Of a stretch of DNA of 64,000 nt, positions 1 through 12,680 are shown piece by piece. Each line of letters begins with the position of its first letter. The stretch's first letter is position 1. A model generated the notes under the pieces. It had not been told where the DNA came from, did not search any database, and worked only from the letters and a program-made list of their open reading frames with translations. This stretch comes from Bispira polyomma (Eukaryota), in the NCBI GenBank assembly GCA_965649765.1, contig OZ287751.1, forward strand, positions 27,094,001-27,158,000, written 5' to 3'. Position numbers and translations under genes: made by a program.

Positions 1-226
1 TAAAGTTGAGTTTCATATCATAATTTTACGATTTAGGAAGATATCCTGTATTTAGAAATTGGTTCCTTGATTTAACAGATTTCGGGGAATCTGTTCTGGC
101 TTTTTACAAGAGAAAACAAAACCAATCAATAATTATTCAACATTTTAGCCCCCAAAAATTAAATTATTTGATTATATTTATTTCCATATGTAACCTATTG
201 AACAAAACATATAAATGGAGATGAAT

Positions 227-434
227 GTTTTAACGTCAAGATGTTTCAAGATGGGTAGTTTATTGGTGGCAATAAGCGGTTCAGAAAATTACCGGCCTTT
301 AGCAAGTCTACTGGCAAATTTGCATTCATGGTTTTAACGTCAAGATGTTTCAAGATGGGTAATTTATTGGTGGCAATAAGCCGTTTAGAAAATTACCGGT
401 CTTCAGCAAGTCTACTGGCAAATTTGCATTTATG
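227..434. repeat. Two-copy tandem duplication, ~104-bp unit
   Basis: GTTTTAACGTCAAGATGTTTCAAGATGGG...GGCAAATTTGCATT starts at 227 and again at 331 with few mismatches. Confidence 0.9.
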
Positions 435-559
435 GTATGTGGCCCACATGTTGCAGAAGCCGAATTTAAAGGTGGGACATATCTTTAAAATAATGGTAAC
501 CATAAATAGGCCATGTGGAAAGAACAAGGCCCCAAATAAATTTGAATATCTTCCAAGTT

Positions 560-1180
560 TGTGAGTGCAGAAAAACCATCAATTAGGACCAGCACACTGA
601 CAATACATCCCCTCGATAACCCACAGTGTCAATACAACTTTAGAGATCCTTTACTACTTGCTTATTAGACACTGGCAATAGTCTGTTGGCGTGTTGACAT
701 TTTATATACCCCCTGGGGCCCTCTAAAGCCCAGATCACACATAGAAGGATCACAGTGAAAGAAGGTCACAAACTTAAATCTGTGTATGTCAACCATGGTA
801 AAGCCATTAAGGAAATGTTAATTGTATGTTCTTGTACATCTACAATTTGTTCTTCCACATTCACCTTTGCTCCATGATTGTTTGGAAATGTTTAAAAGTT
901 CCATTGCCATGCAGCAAATGCATAGAAACCTACCATGAAATCTTCGCTCTACTGTATGGCAACTGTAAAGGCTTCTTTGTCATTCTTGCCTTTTTGTATC
1001 CATTCTTGTATAAATTTTCAGTGTAAATGTATTACTAGCCTAGAATTGGAAAGGTTAACATGCAGGCATATGTGTGTGTTCTTGAATAAACATCTGTACT
1101 TAATCCATGCAAGCTTTGCTAAAATTATTGCAAGCTCTCAGTAAAACCACGAGTCTTGGAAATCCATAACTGGTGCCGTG
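560..1180 (+). mobile_element. Possible LTR remnant followed by a tRNA-His-type primer-binding site
   Basis: AATAAA at ~1085; ...CCATAAC followed by TGGTGCCGTG (1171-1180), complementary to the 3' end of tRNA-His (CACGGCACCA). Left boundary is a guess and no internal gag/pol was seen. Confidence 0.35.
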
Positions 1181-2049
1181 GTGATTCTTTCTATGTGTGT
1201 GAGCATTAAAAAAATAGCTATGTAAAATTTACTTGGGTGAATTAACATAATGAACTCTTAGAAATCCCTAATAGAAATGTTCTTAACAGCTGAGCAGTAC
1301 CAATACAAAAAAAACTTGAAGAGTATTACATATGTATGATATCAGTGTAGTTTTTTAATATTTAATAAATGACATGTTGCGAGAAGGCTCTATAATAATT
1401 TTTTTGATTTTGACTGATTGTTTTTCTCCAATGAAATATTGTTCAGTAAAAATAAATCAAATGCAGATTATTGGGCCTTAATAAAGGCTAAGTCCCAGTT
1501 ATTAAATATGCCGTTGATACAGGCAATCTTATTTTATGATGAGGGATCATAAGAGCATCTTTTATTGCTAAATATATAGCTTTTGGAAAAATAACTAATT
1601 ACCACAAGCTGAGTGGTGTTTAAAGGGGGTGATAGAAGAGCCAGTTGACATAAGCAGAGCTAGGTAGATTGACATATTTCAGGTACTTTATACTCAATTG
1701 ACTTAGTTATGTATAGCCTTTGTAATTTAAGGAGGTCAGGCTGCTCACCTCCAGAAGACCACCAATTTATTTTAATTGCTTCGGCCTAGTTATTTACTCT
1801 GCGAATGCTCAGAGAGCAGGCAAATATGTTAATATGAAACAGTGTGTGTTTATTTTAGCCCCAAGTTAGTGTAATAATGTATAGTTTTAAGGTGACTATG
1901 AATTACAGAAACGTATCACAAAAAGTATTGAAATAAAGAAGTGTGAAACTGTATTTAATTTTTAAAAATGTACGGGTGTAGGTTCATAGTATGATATTAC
2001 CCCTAGTGAGGTCTCATCCGACTTTATAGTTTACACTCCCAGCCTGGGT

Positions 2050-2280
2050 TCTTCAACTTGTTAACCAATCGTCCACTCTGAGGAAGCATACTAACCATGC
2101 TGCCATATAAGGCGCAAAGACTAACACCCATTAGTAGCCAGGTGCCAATTTACACGCTTGGTTGAAAAGCGACAACTTTGTGTAATATACCTTGCCCATG
2201 GGTATAATCTCCAGACCAGCAGCAATGATTAAACCTTAGACCCGATGATTCAAAGTGGAACACTTTACTCACTAGGCTTA
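2050..2280 (-). mobile_element. Decayed tRNA-derived SINE
   Basis: Minus strand begins AGCCTAGTGAGTAAAGTG (A-box-like) with a degenerate B box, followed by a SINE-like body (GGGCAAGGTAT...GCGCCTTATATGGCAGC). Confidence 0.5.
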
Positions 2281-2489
2281 ATAAGTCGCTTAGGTAACTA
2301 GCTAAACACCTTAATAAAAATGTTAGTGTGATTTCTGTACAAACTTTAGTCACAACAAAATAGTAACAAATTGCACTATTTTTCAAATTATCAGTTGATA
2401 ACAGCTGAACTGTTCTCTTCTCATAGTTATAATTGCACTTACATTGACCAATATATTTTAACCCATGATAGGATAGTATATAATACTCC

Positions 2490-5415
2490 TGTTACAGTAT
2501 GCCGATCAAAGTTCTCAACTGTTAGGATTATGGGATCCTTATATATATCCTCTCATTCATGTCCATCCCTCGCCTGGAGAAGGGTTTCGTGTGTTTAGGG
2601 CAAAGGGTTTATCTTCAAGGATGAAGTAGGGGACGGGGAGGGGGGGATCTGAAGGGGCTAATGGGTTCAAGGGGAAAGTTGATGGAGCGATCTTCTATCT
2701 TCTCATTCAGTTTAAATCTGTTAAAAATCTTGGAGCTTGAACCGAAGTTGACCCATAGGAAACAGTAATTCATGTCTACTAGGACAAGTATGACGATCAA
2801 GTGAATCCCTTGTAGTTGATGTACTCGCTCCCACCTTTTCACAGGCATCTAATAGCAATGTGCTTGCCGTCTATGGCCCTCTAAAAATTTGGAACATTAC
2901 ACGTATTTCTAAAGACAGGCTTAACCTTCTTCCAGTCCTCAGGGGTGGTAGGGCATATGAGAAATTTTTCCTGGTACTTATCTATGATGGCCTGTCAAAC
3001 CTTCTGCACAAACTTGTTGATGTTAATGTTAATGTTTTTAGTTTTATATTGCCACAATCAATGACCAGGCATCCTCTGTGGCGCATATCCTAATCAGTGT
3101 GCAAAAAGATAGACTGGTAGACAGAAAACGGTTGGTGATCAGAGTTCAGTCCTGACCAGCAGATGAATGCTAGGGTGGCAAAGCGAGTTGATACAGATGT
3201 GTTTTGAGCTTTTTTCTGAAACCTGTGATGCTTGTCTCAATCCGAAGACTAGTAGGGAGGCTGTTCCACTCAGCAGGTGCTACTCTAAAAATGATTTTGA
3301 ACCAGCTGATGTATTTGGGTAAGAAACCTGAGGTGGAGAGATGATTACATCTTGTTAGATTGCTAAGAGACAGCATGGATGATAAGTAGGCATGTTGATG
3401 TACTGTCGTAAAAATAAGGATAATTACCTTAAATTAAGCACAGAACTCAATAGGTAGCCAATGTAATTGTTTAAGGAGGGGGGATGTGTGTGAGTGCGAG
3501 GGCCAGCATGGCTTACTATTCTGCACAGGTTTTTTTAATTTCTGTAGCTTGTTTATTTAGCCCTGTCCAATTCCATATAGTAGTGAGTTGCAGTAATCTA
3601 GCCGACTTTATACCAGGTCATTTGCCACTGCAATGGCATTTTCTAGAGTTTGAATCCTAAGAAAGTCACAGATGTTGCAGTAGCCGGAACGACAAATATT
3701 GGAGACATGTTTTTTGAAGGAGAAGTCAGAGTCAAAAGTGACTCTTAGGTTCTTCGCACTGTCAGCAATGAGAGTAGTAGGAAAGAAGTCAAGGACCTTT
3801 TTCTTTTGATGTTTGGAGCAGATAAGCAGGAATTCATTATTTTTAGGTTTGTGTTTCAATTTTGAATTACTCATCCAAGATTCAATGGAATTCAGGCAGC
3901 TAGAAAGCTGTTCTAGGACCTGGATTGAGGGAGCAGTAGATCTGTGTGTCATCTGCACAGAAGTGATAGCTGATATTGTGGTGTAAGGATATTTTATTTT
4001 CAAAGGGAGTAGTTTACAGTGAAAACAGAAGGGACCCAAGGAACAAACCTTGAGGGACACCGAACGGGAGATTAAAAGGAGATGACTTAGCTCTGTTGAC
4101 CCTGATGATCTGATCACGGCATTCCAGATAGGATTCAATCTATTAAAGAACTGAAGTCTGATAGCACGAACCAAGTATTTAGGCATTCAGAAAGTACCTT
4201 GTGGTCAATTGTATCAAATGCAGCAGACAAATCAAGAAGAGTAAGGGCAACTACACCATCCCTGTCCAAGATCATATTGATGTCACTGCAAATTTTTAGA
4301 AGTGCTGTTTCCGTTGAATGGTATTTTCTGTAAGCTGACTGGTGTGTATTTTCCCAAATGGTTGGTGCGTAAGGGTTCATTTATTTGGAGAGCAACGGCT
4401 TTTTCAATCATTTTAGAGACAAAGCTTAGATTTGACACTGGTCTGTAATTTTTAAGGCTATTTCTGTTTAGATTTGACTTTTTGAGTATAGGGGTTACAT
4501 TGATGGTTGACCTGCCCACTACAAAAGAGTACTGCAGTGATGTGTATGACTCCACAGTAGCCAAATGCCTCAAAGTGATAGCTATCTTGAATCCAGGGGA
4601 AAGTGGCTTCCTGTACCAGATGGTCTGTTTCTGTACCCTGTTCTCCACCCCTCCTCTCTATCTCCAGGAACACACCAGGTGTCATCCTGAGGAGGTTGTC
4701 ATACTACTAGACATCTTCAACTCCACGTGTGGCATAAGTGCTGTGTAGTGTTCATATCATTCCCTCCTCTCAGCCATGGCTTGACCTAGAACCTTTTCCT
4801 TGCTCCCCTCTTCAGGCCAACTTTCCCTGAGTTTGTGTGTCTCTGTGCCTCCCATTGATTTCTTAATCTTCTTTTTCTTCCTTCTAATTATATAATAACC
4901 ATTACTTGAACTTGCATGTACAGGCAATTACAGCCCTAAGTGCTGTTGCAATATTTATAATACCTTCTTGGTATCATCTTTCTTACTTGACTTCTCAATT
5001 ATAACTGTCTGAATACAAGTTCTCTGCCCTCTTTTATAGCATGTAGTGGCATATCTTGAGGTTTCAAAGCCCCCAAATTTTGATTGCCCAGGATTTGGTT
5101 GGGATCAGTCACTTGAAGGCGCCAAGTTATCTTTGTGTACGAGTAGGTTGGGGTGTTCTAACTACTTATTTTTTGGATCGTAACTGGCTGCAACAACTTA
5201 TCTTTTTCAATCAGGCAGGTCAGGGGCAAAAATATGTGATCCTGGAGTCTAATCACATCAATTTACCTAACCTTCTGTGGCTTACTAACTAGTTATCTCT
5301 TTGGTCCTTGCACAATACGAATATAATTGGACGCATTTTTTCTCACACTTTTTGAAACCAATCAGGACAAATTGCACACGATTTACCCTGATCATATAAT
5401 CGGCCCATCCCCCTG
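2490..5415 (-). mobile_element. PIF/Harbinger transposon remnant (HARBI1/DDE_Tnp_4-like nuclease pseudogene) split by an L2 insertion
   Basis: Minus-strand pieces: MTPGVFLEI...QKQTIWYRKPLSPGFKIAITLRHLATVESYTSLQYSFVVGRSTI (4500-4690), then NKFVQKV*QAII...PTTPEDWKKV...RAIDGKHIAI...YINYKGF and LVDMNYCFLWVNFG...IFNR (2640-3022). AIDGKHI matches the first catalytic Asp motif. Contains stops and frameshifts; outer ends approximate. Confidence 0.85.
3023..4499 (-). mobile_element. 5'-truncated L2/CR1-group LINE (RT pseudogene plus 3' tail)
   Basis: PILKKSNL...KNYRPVSNLSFVSKMIEK, HQSAYRKYHSTETALLKI, LLDLSAAFDTIDH, C-terminal APAEWNSLP...FRKKLKTHLY; (AACATT)n tail; TTGATG on both flanks (3017-3022, 4500-4505). 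Confidence 0.95.
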
Positions 5416-6649
5416 ACTAGTCTTGATAGTGGAACAATACCATTAACAGTGATATGTGTGACCTATGTATTATAAACTATTATAGGTAATTTCTAACTTC
5501 TTTAAATCTCTACTGCAAACACTAACACATCAACAAATATTCTGGTATTGAAAACTCTGCAATGAGTGAAATATATTCCTTTAAGTGTTAAACATTACCC
5601 AATAGATTTACAGAAACAAAAAACGTGCCTCAGCTGTTTTTATTTAAGGTGCCAATACTGTCGTCTTGAGAATTTCCCACCAGTTCCCCAACCTGTTAGA
5701 AAATGGCACTGCAAAGCCCATCAACTAAGTAAATGGGCCAAAAGCTCACACCACATTTTGTCAGTTGAACATATAACCATCTCTTTAGCCTTGCTTAAGT
5801 CTCATGTTTGTCAGAAATTCTCATTCAGTTTGGAACCAATTTAAATGTTGTACATGTTTAACTTTAGAAAAAAATTTAATTAAGGCTTGGTCACACTGGG
5901 TTTACATTTATGTTTATTTCATTTTTAGAAATGTAAGCAAAACAGAAATAAACAAACTGAAATTGGGGAAACTGTTTTGGTAGCCATTTCAACTATGTTT
6001 GCGATGTTTGCCACATCTTTAGATAGGTCCCATATGATTTTCTAATGCATTTTATTACATTTCGAAACATTAGTGCCGTCTTATACGTCCATATACGCAT
6101 TAATGACATGTCAGATGTGTCCGAACCCCGAACGCAGCAACCGTTTTAGTGGAGATTGTCAAAAACAGCTATAAATGCAGCATATTTTCATGCAGCTCGA
6201 AATAATAAATTTTTTCTTTGTTTGTCTTATGTTTTATTTACGCAAGCATACATTTATATACATTCAATACGTTAATTTCATTATAAGTTATTATTCATGT
6301 TTTGCCTTCCATCTGCTCATTTTTGTGTACAATTAAAACAACAAGCCAGTGTGAGTGGGCCATAAGTACATGGTCCAAAAGTAGTTACATACATGCAACC
6401 TGTAGAGCTCTAACTGTCATCACAGTACTCTATATAATGTCCACCACCACCACCACCAACATAAACTCATCGACTGTAACGCTGACCTATGGCAAGTAGT
6501 AAGTTTTGAGAAAATATATCCACACGCTAGCTCTCCTTATAGGTGAAAGACCAGTGGTTTTATAGTAGATGCTTATGATCAACAGAAACCCTGGAATTTG
6601 AATTTATTTGGGTTTTACATTATTGTTAACAGTTTAGGTAGTGGTTTTC

Positions 6650-6720
6650 TGTGGCGTAGTGGTTAGGGAAGTGATCAGGTGACCAGAAAGTCCCCGGTTC
6701 AACTCAGAGTGGTGAGGAGT
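6650..6720 (+). mobile_element. tRNA-like SINE head
   Basis: A box TGGCGTAGTGG and B box GGTTCAACTC; no complete cloverleaf. Confidence 0.45.
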
Positions 6721-7517
6721 TGGTCAGGTAAATGAAAGGTTTTTGACTCCTGCTAATGACGCTGGGAACATGCCATTGCCTACTGATGACAATCTAGGCC
6801 AACTAATACAATACAATTTCTTGGTGGAGTAAACCAATGCAGAAACACTGAAAACCACTGTCTTACAGCAACAAAAACATATCTTCTCATATACAGTACC
6901 CCACACTGGGGAATAGTTTTACTAATGATATTCAATTTGTTCCTTCCCTTTATATCGTCCATCTGTAGTTGTAAACTAAAACCTCTTTGTCTCATATTAG
7001 TTTCGCCTTACTAATCGTGACATCTCAAAAGGAACAACCCCCTTTTCTCTTTGAAATAACTAAACGATTACGAACAACCCTGGTGAATTATTGAACCTCA
7101 GAAGTCATGTGTGTTAGACATATCGTGCACAGTGTGAGCACTTCTATGTGTCAGATGTACACAGCAAATGACATCAGATACTTGGCAGAAGCTTAGGAAA
7201 TTTTTTTGGTCATGAAGCAAATAAAACCCTGACACATTTGGCCAGATTTTGGGGTATTTTTGAGCAATATGTATTGTTAAAAACTTGATTCCAATGAAAT
7301 TTGACGGACAGAAACATATTTTTATCAGCTGCATAAAATAATAAATCGGTTGACGTCTGACAAAAAAACTGATCGGCCCATATAAAATATACCGAAGTCA
7401 GGATCTGCGACATTGAAGCCTAGGCTTACGGAATAGAATATAACTGTATTGCCTACTTTCTCAGAGCTTTAGGATGAATCGGCTTTAATATAAACTCCAT
7501 ATTTCATGATGGCCATA

Positions 7518-7882
7518 TATATGTCATGGTAGAAAGTCCAATTTGGTAAAATTTGAAATTCTACCGGTAGAAAGTTTAAAGAAATAAAAAGAAAACACAA
7601 CCTGTGATTTATGTTTTATTGTTTTAAAAAAATGCAGTACATTGCAATATACTAAAAGATATCTTGACTTTTTATGATGTTTGCATATTTTTTTGTATTA
7701 CATACCTTTATAGAGTATATTTTGGCAACAATTGCATCAACCATCTTGTAATATTAATGCTCTGGAAAACAACAAGATTCCCAGTGTTGTTATTCTGATT
7801 ACTGACATATTTAACTCCAGTTGGACTTTCTACCAGTAGAATTTCAAATTCTACCATATTGGACTTTCTACCATGACATATA
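7518..7882. mobile_element. MITE with ~60-bp terminal inverted repeats
   Basis: TATATGTCATGGTAGAAAGTCCAATTTGGTAAAATTTGAAATTCTACCGGTAGAAAG at the left; reverse complement at 7821-7882; TA at both ends. Confidence 0.85.
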
Positions 7883-9338
7883 CATTCATTTGCACTTGCA
7901 GTTTGTCCCTACATTTAAAGGGAGACTGTTTTGAACAATGTTAACAAAGAACTGCACAAACCCATGCTCCACCAAAACTGCTCTCATAGTTTCGTGTCCA
8001 TTTCATCCACACAAATAATTTAATTGGGTTATATAACTTTAGCTGAAAGTTTGATATATGGTATTCAAGGCAAAATAGAGCAAAGTAGTTGGACGTGTTT
8101 TCACCATTGTGCAGAACTTTGATAACAACTTGGTTACTAGGCAAACTCTAAAGTATGTGACTTTACAATAGCAGGCTTAAGGCTGTTATGTCGGCCATCT
8201 TTGTATTCGGTGTTGACAGACAGTTTCTGAAGTGAAAAAATTTTGTATCAATGAAATCAATAAAAAAATAAGAATGTGCTTAATATTCCAGTACTTCCTC
8301 TGATTCTATTGTGTTTGTTCCCTGGAAGCTAATCATTTGTTACTACTATTTTATCCAAACTTAAGGGTAATCCACAGCTACATGTAGTTTAAGTTTTACT
8401 CAATGAAATTTTTAAAGAAAGACAAACTAGTTATCAACTATTTTCTAGTGTTTTTGATGAACCTTTACATTTCCTAGTATTCTAGATCTGTATAACGCTT
8501 GGCGTATAAATGATTGACACTTACTAGACGTACATGTACTATGAATACAGTTAGTTTGAAAATGCCTCAAGCTAAAATTAGTTAATGTCAATTGTTTCTA
8601 AAACCTAAGAAAGCAGCAACATCCAATAGAAAATGCCATTGATTGATAAACCTCCGCCAACTTGTAGTGAATGTAAAGCCAATGAATGACTCCAGGTCCT
8701 CCTTTTCTAATTCTGGCAAACTTGATTATCTCTTTGTTATGGGAGGAAGTCATGGTCCCTTTGTGTTCATAGCATCATCGATATCATTCCCCACAATTCA
8801 GAGAAAACCCTCCATTGGCACCGAGGACTGAACAACACCAATTGATACAATGAAACAAAAAATTATATAATGAACATGTCAAAGCATAGAGGGTGGGGAG
8901 GGGTGTTTTTATATATTTGTGGGAGATGGATAAACAAGTTTAGCCAATAACACAATTTGGATTCCAATAGGTGCCTGGAACACTTCTTTGCAGATATTTA
9001 GACATTCCATCTGAAGATATATAATAGTTTATAAGACATCTGTATTGTTATACTGTTTTACTTTATTTTTCAGTAGACTTATTTGTCATGTATAATAAAA
9101 TTATGACGCCATTTTGTCGCTCAAACCGGGTATGGGACAATGGCAACAGCTAGTTATTATTGTAATATCGGGTATTTACACAGTGCAATACCATACATAA
9201 GCTATGGCCTATGTGCATAACATATACAATAACACCTGCTTGAGACACCACCCACTTGCTTTCAGAGCTGACCATCTGCGGAAGTTTCAAACATGTTCAA
9301 AAAATAATTCCGGCTGTAGCTCCCGTTGTTGCAGTTTA

Positions 9339-9943
9339 AAGCCTGGTCACACCTACACGTGCTGGAGCTACGTGTGTGTGACGCTGTTAACTGTTCTGAA
9401 AGCTAGTATAAACGTAGTAGACAGTAATACAAAAGTGAGGAACTCTGCTGTGTTAGTTTTTTGACGTTGGTTAACAGATGATATCATTCGGGAAAAGTCT
9501 CTGTTTAGTTCACTGCCCCGATAACTTTAAATTGTTTGAAATAATCCTGGCAGAGCTCTCTGTTTCTTAAGAACATCTCTACTCATCTGTATAAGTAGCT
9601 TAACGTAGCAGTAAGTAGCAGTAAATAGTGAGATTGTCTCCACTCATCTGTACTCGTCATGAACATTTCACTAGGTAGCTAAACACAGCAGAACAAAGCC
9701 ATAAGTGGCATGTACAGTAGATCTACGTAGTAGTAGATAATTATATCCCACCAGTAAAGTGTTAGATTTTCGCCCTCGCTCCATGTGTATAAGTACCAAC
9801 ATCATCACGAAACTTTATGAAACGTCACAATCGAATGCACTTTTTTGAAAATGACATCACTTTGACATGAAACTACTATGTTTTAAGTTTATATTGCTTT
9901 GCTTCGTTGTGGGACGTTAGCACGTGTTGGTGTGACCAGGCCA
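9339..9943. mobile_element. PIF/Harbinger-type MITE
   Basis: TIRs AGCCTGGTCACACCTACACGTGCT / AGCACGTGTTGGTGTGACCAGGCC; TTA on both flanks. Confidence 0.85.
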
Positions 9944-11147
9944 TTATCCCTGTTTATGCCCAGTTTACACAAGTTTTACTCCAGTTCACACACATTCTCA
10001 GAACGGGTCGAATGGGGACCGAGAATGTAGACAGTGTGAATGCCACATAAGGTCATATCACAATGGATAGATTCAATGGTGGAAGATATCAGTGCTAAAG
10101 CACTGTCTTAAAAACCAATCTACGTCAAATATGTGACGAACTTTCCCACATGGAGTGATTTTTATATTAACAGCTTCCTGGTTACAGAGTATTAAACTTT
10201 GGTGAATATTCAACGATATTAAAGGGAAAAAATTACTGAATAATTTCAAATTCATTCCAAAAGCTAATTCATAAATAATCAGAAGCTATTTGTTTCAGGG
10301 TCTTCCTGTAATGTTTGGCTATCTTTGATTTGACAGGTAATCACCTAGTTCACCTATATTTTCAGAAAAATAGTTCAGAGCTGTTTTTATTTATACTGAA
10401 ATGTTAGGCTATGATTGATGTTTAATTTAATATATGATTTGTAGGGCCAGCACTTTGCCGGACTTCAGTATAGCGCAAATATTAGTAGTGGTCTAATTCC
10501 ATATGATATGAACCCACATTAATGAGATACCAATGATTGTGAAGGGGACAGAAACTAGACAAATTGGTGATTAGTAGGAAATTGGATCCCTAGTGTTCTC
10601 ACATATGATTCGTCCATCAATGAACTTGGACATCGTATTACCTGACCTACGAAAAATAATGTACACATCCTGCAATGGACTCAATCTCCAACCAGATCTA
10701 AATCATGTGTCGATTCTTATACCTCAACATGCTTTATCAACATTTAATGCTACAATTATGACTTCTCTTGAGAGGAAAAGGTTATAAGAGTTTTTTTCCT
10801 TGTCTATCATAACAGGCTGTTAATACTATGAATATGTTCGCTACTTGCCTGTCTATTTGAATCTTTGTTATCTGTATACTGTGGTGTAATCAGCATAAAG
10901 AGGTTGTTCCACGTTCAAGTACGATCAGCAAAATGGGTCCGTTTTTGAGATCGGTGTGCTCGTGGCAAAAAAATCAATAATGTAATATTTTGAGCAAGTA
11001 AATGAAAGTGTGGGCGACCTTCCAGATCAAACTGATTGAGTCCCGTTTTGACGGGACACAGTCCACAATCAAACTTGTCCATACAAAAACTGCCTCGGCC
11101 TCCCCGACCTAGGTTAGGATCGAACTTACTGGTAAAAGGAACTGATG

Positions 11148-11215
11148 TATCAACCATATCAGCGATAGGATCGACCGTATCGGTGATAGAATCGACCATA
11201 TCGGCGATAGGATCT
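11148..11215. repeat. 21-bp tandem repeat (~3 copies) inside a probable DNA-transposon remnant (~10910-11330)
   Basis: ATCGACCATATCGGCGATAGG-like units; ACCACCCTGTA at ~11318-11328 resembles a Tc1/mariner terminus. Confidence 0.6.
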
Positions 11216-12424
11216 GACAGATCTATACCCCTGTCACTCACAATCATACTTGCAATAATCAAGGTCGGGACTGCTATTTCAAAATAACTGAAAAAAAATG
11301 GTGTTATATTCTTTCACACCACCCTGTATGCTCAGTTTTCGCCCCAAACCTATACGTTAAAAGGGCCAGTGTTGGGAAAGGCCTGGAGTGAGATAAGACC
11401 TAACAGACAGAACGTATTGACAATAAGATTGAACTTATTCGGCGACGCTGACCTTGCCGTTTTTAGGGAAGAGCAAGTCTGGGGGACTTTTTGAAATATC
11501 AAAAATGTTTGATATTCTTTCTGACCTTCACCTTCGCCCTGTTTTCAACCCCCGGACCTATACAGACACGCCCCGGACCTCAAAATTAAGAAGGTCGGGA
11601 ACCAAATTGGCATAGCCGAACCGCCATTTTAGTTTACTGTGGGCAAAGGAAATCATTGCTATTCATAAACCGATGAGATGTTTATGAAAGCGGTAATATA
11701 AAACAAAAATGTCACACAAATCTACTACTCAAGAGTTGGCCTTTTTAAAAATGAATTTGATAACAATCTGGTACATGTCTAATGTACATGTGTGTGCCCT
11801 AGCTCCATCAACCTGGTGATTGCAAGGTATATTAGACTAAAGGCTTGGCCACACCATATGATAATAAACCAGTTCATCTAGCATGAAGAATGGTTTAAAC
11901 TAAGCAGCAAGGACACTAAAGGTATCAGACCCTGCATTTAGAATGCATTGCATTAATGCAGTAGGGTTATAGGTTTATTATAAATACAAGGAACTACACT
12001 TTGAACATGTATCTTTTGTGGAACAATATTTATCTGTATCACATCTAACTCCACATTTTTATTAAATCATATATCTGTGTTACATCTGACTCCTTATTTT
12101 TATTGATTGTTTTGTTTAAAATCTCACAAATTTGTTCAAACTGAATTGAATGTTATAGGATATGGTAATTTTCCAGGATTTTAGTTGGGTTTTACATCAC
12201 TTGTAAAAGCTTAAGGTCATATTATGACGGCCAGATTTAACGGTAGAAGAAACCAGTGCTGAAGCATTCCGTAACCCACTGACCTATGGCAAATATCTGA
12301 CAAACAACATCCACACAAAGGAACAAGTGTTATTCGAAAGCTATACATAAGTCAAAATTCTTAGGGCTCTAGTTATAAGAGGAATGGAAATATTCTCTAA
12401 AACTTACCTAAAGGCGACGACGAG

Positions 12425-12680
12425 GGGCCGCGGTGGCCAAGTGGTTAGCAAGCATTGCGCTTCACAATCACGGGTCTCTCACATCTGAGTGGCGTGAGTT
12501 CGAATCCTGTTGATGCCTATGTGGGAAAGGTGGTAGTTCCTTACTGTGGGCCTCTGGTTTTAGTGCAGAACCTTGACCGACTGTATGCAGTGTTTCCTCC
12601 AGCGTTTGCAACTACCCGTCCCAATGTAACCTACTAAAAGGTACCAGAGTGGACGTTAAATATCCAAATTCAAATTCAAA
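12425..12680 (+). mobile_element. Full-length tRNA-derived SINE (MetaSINE-like body)
   Basis: A box TGGCCAAGTGG, B box GTTCGAATCC, CAAATT-repeat tail; imperfect TSD ACCTAAAG(GCG)ACGACGAG on both sides; close second copy at 36503-36757. Confidence 0.92.

Noticed and set aside
826-1026. ORF containing AFLYPF, reminiscent of TMEM41B GFLYPF
   Set aside because: The surrounding residues do not match and it lies in the putative LTR; a chance match.
12425-12510. tRNA gene candidates here and at ~6650, ~36680-36757, ~39850 and ~54303
   Set aside because: A/B boxes are present but there is no proper cloverleaf; they continue into SINE bodies, with TSDs in two cases.
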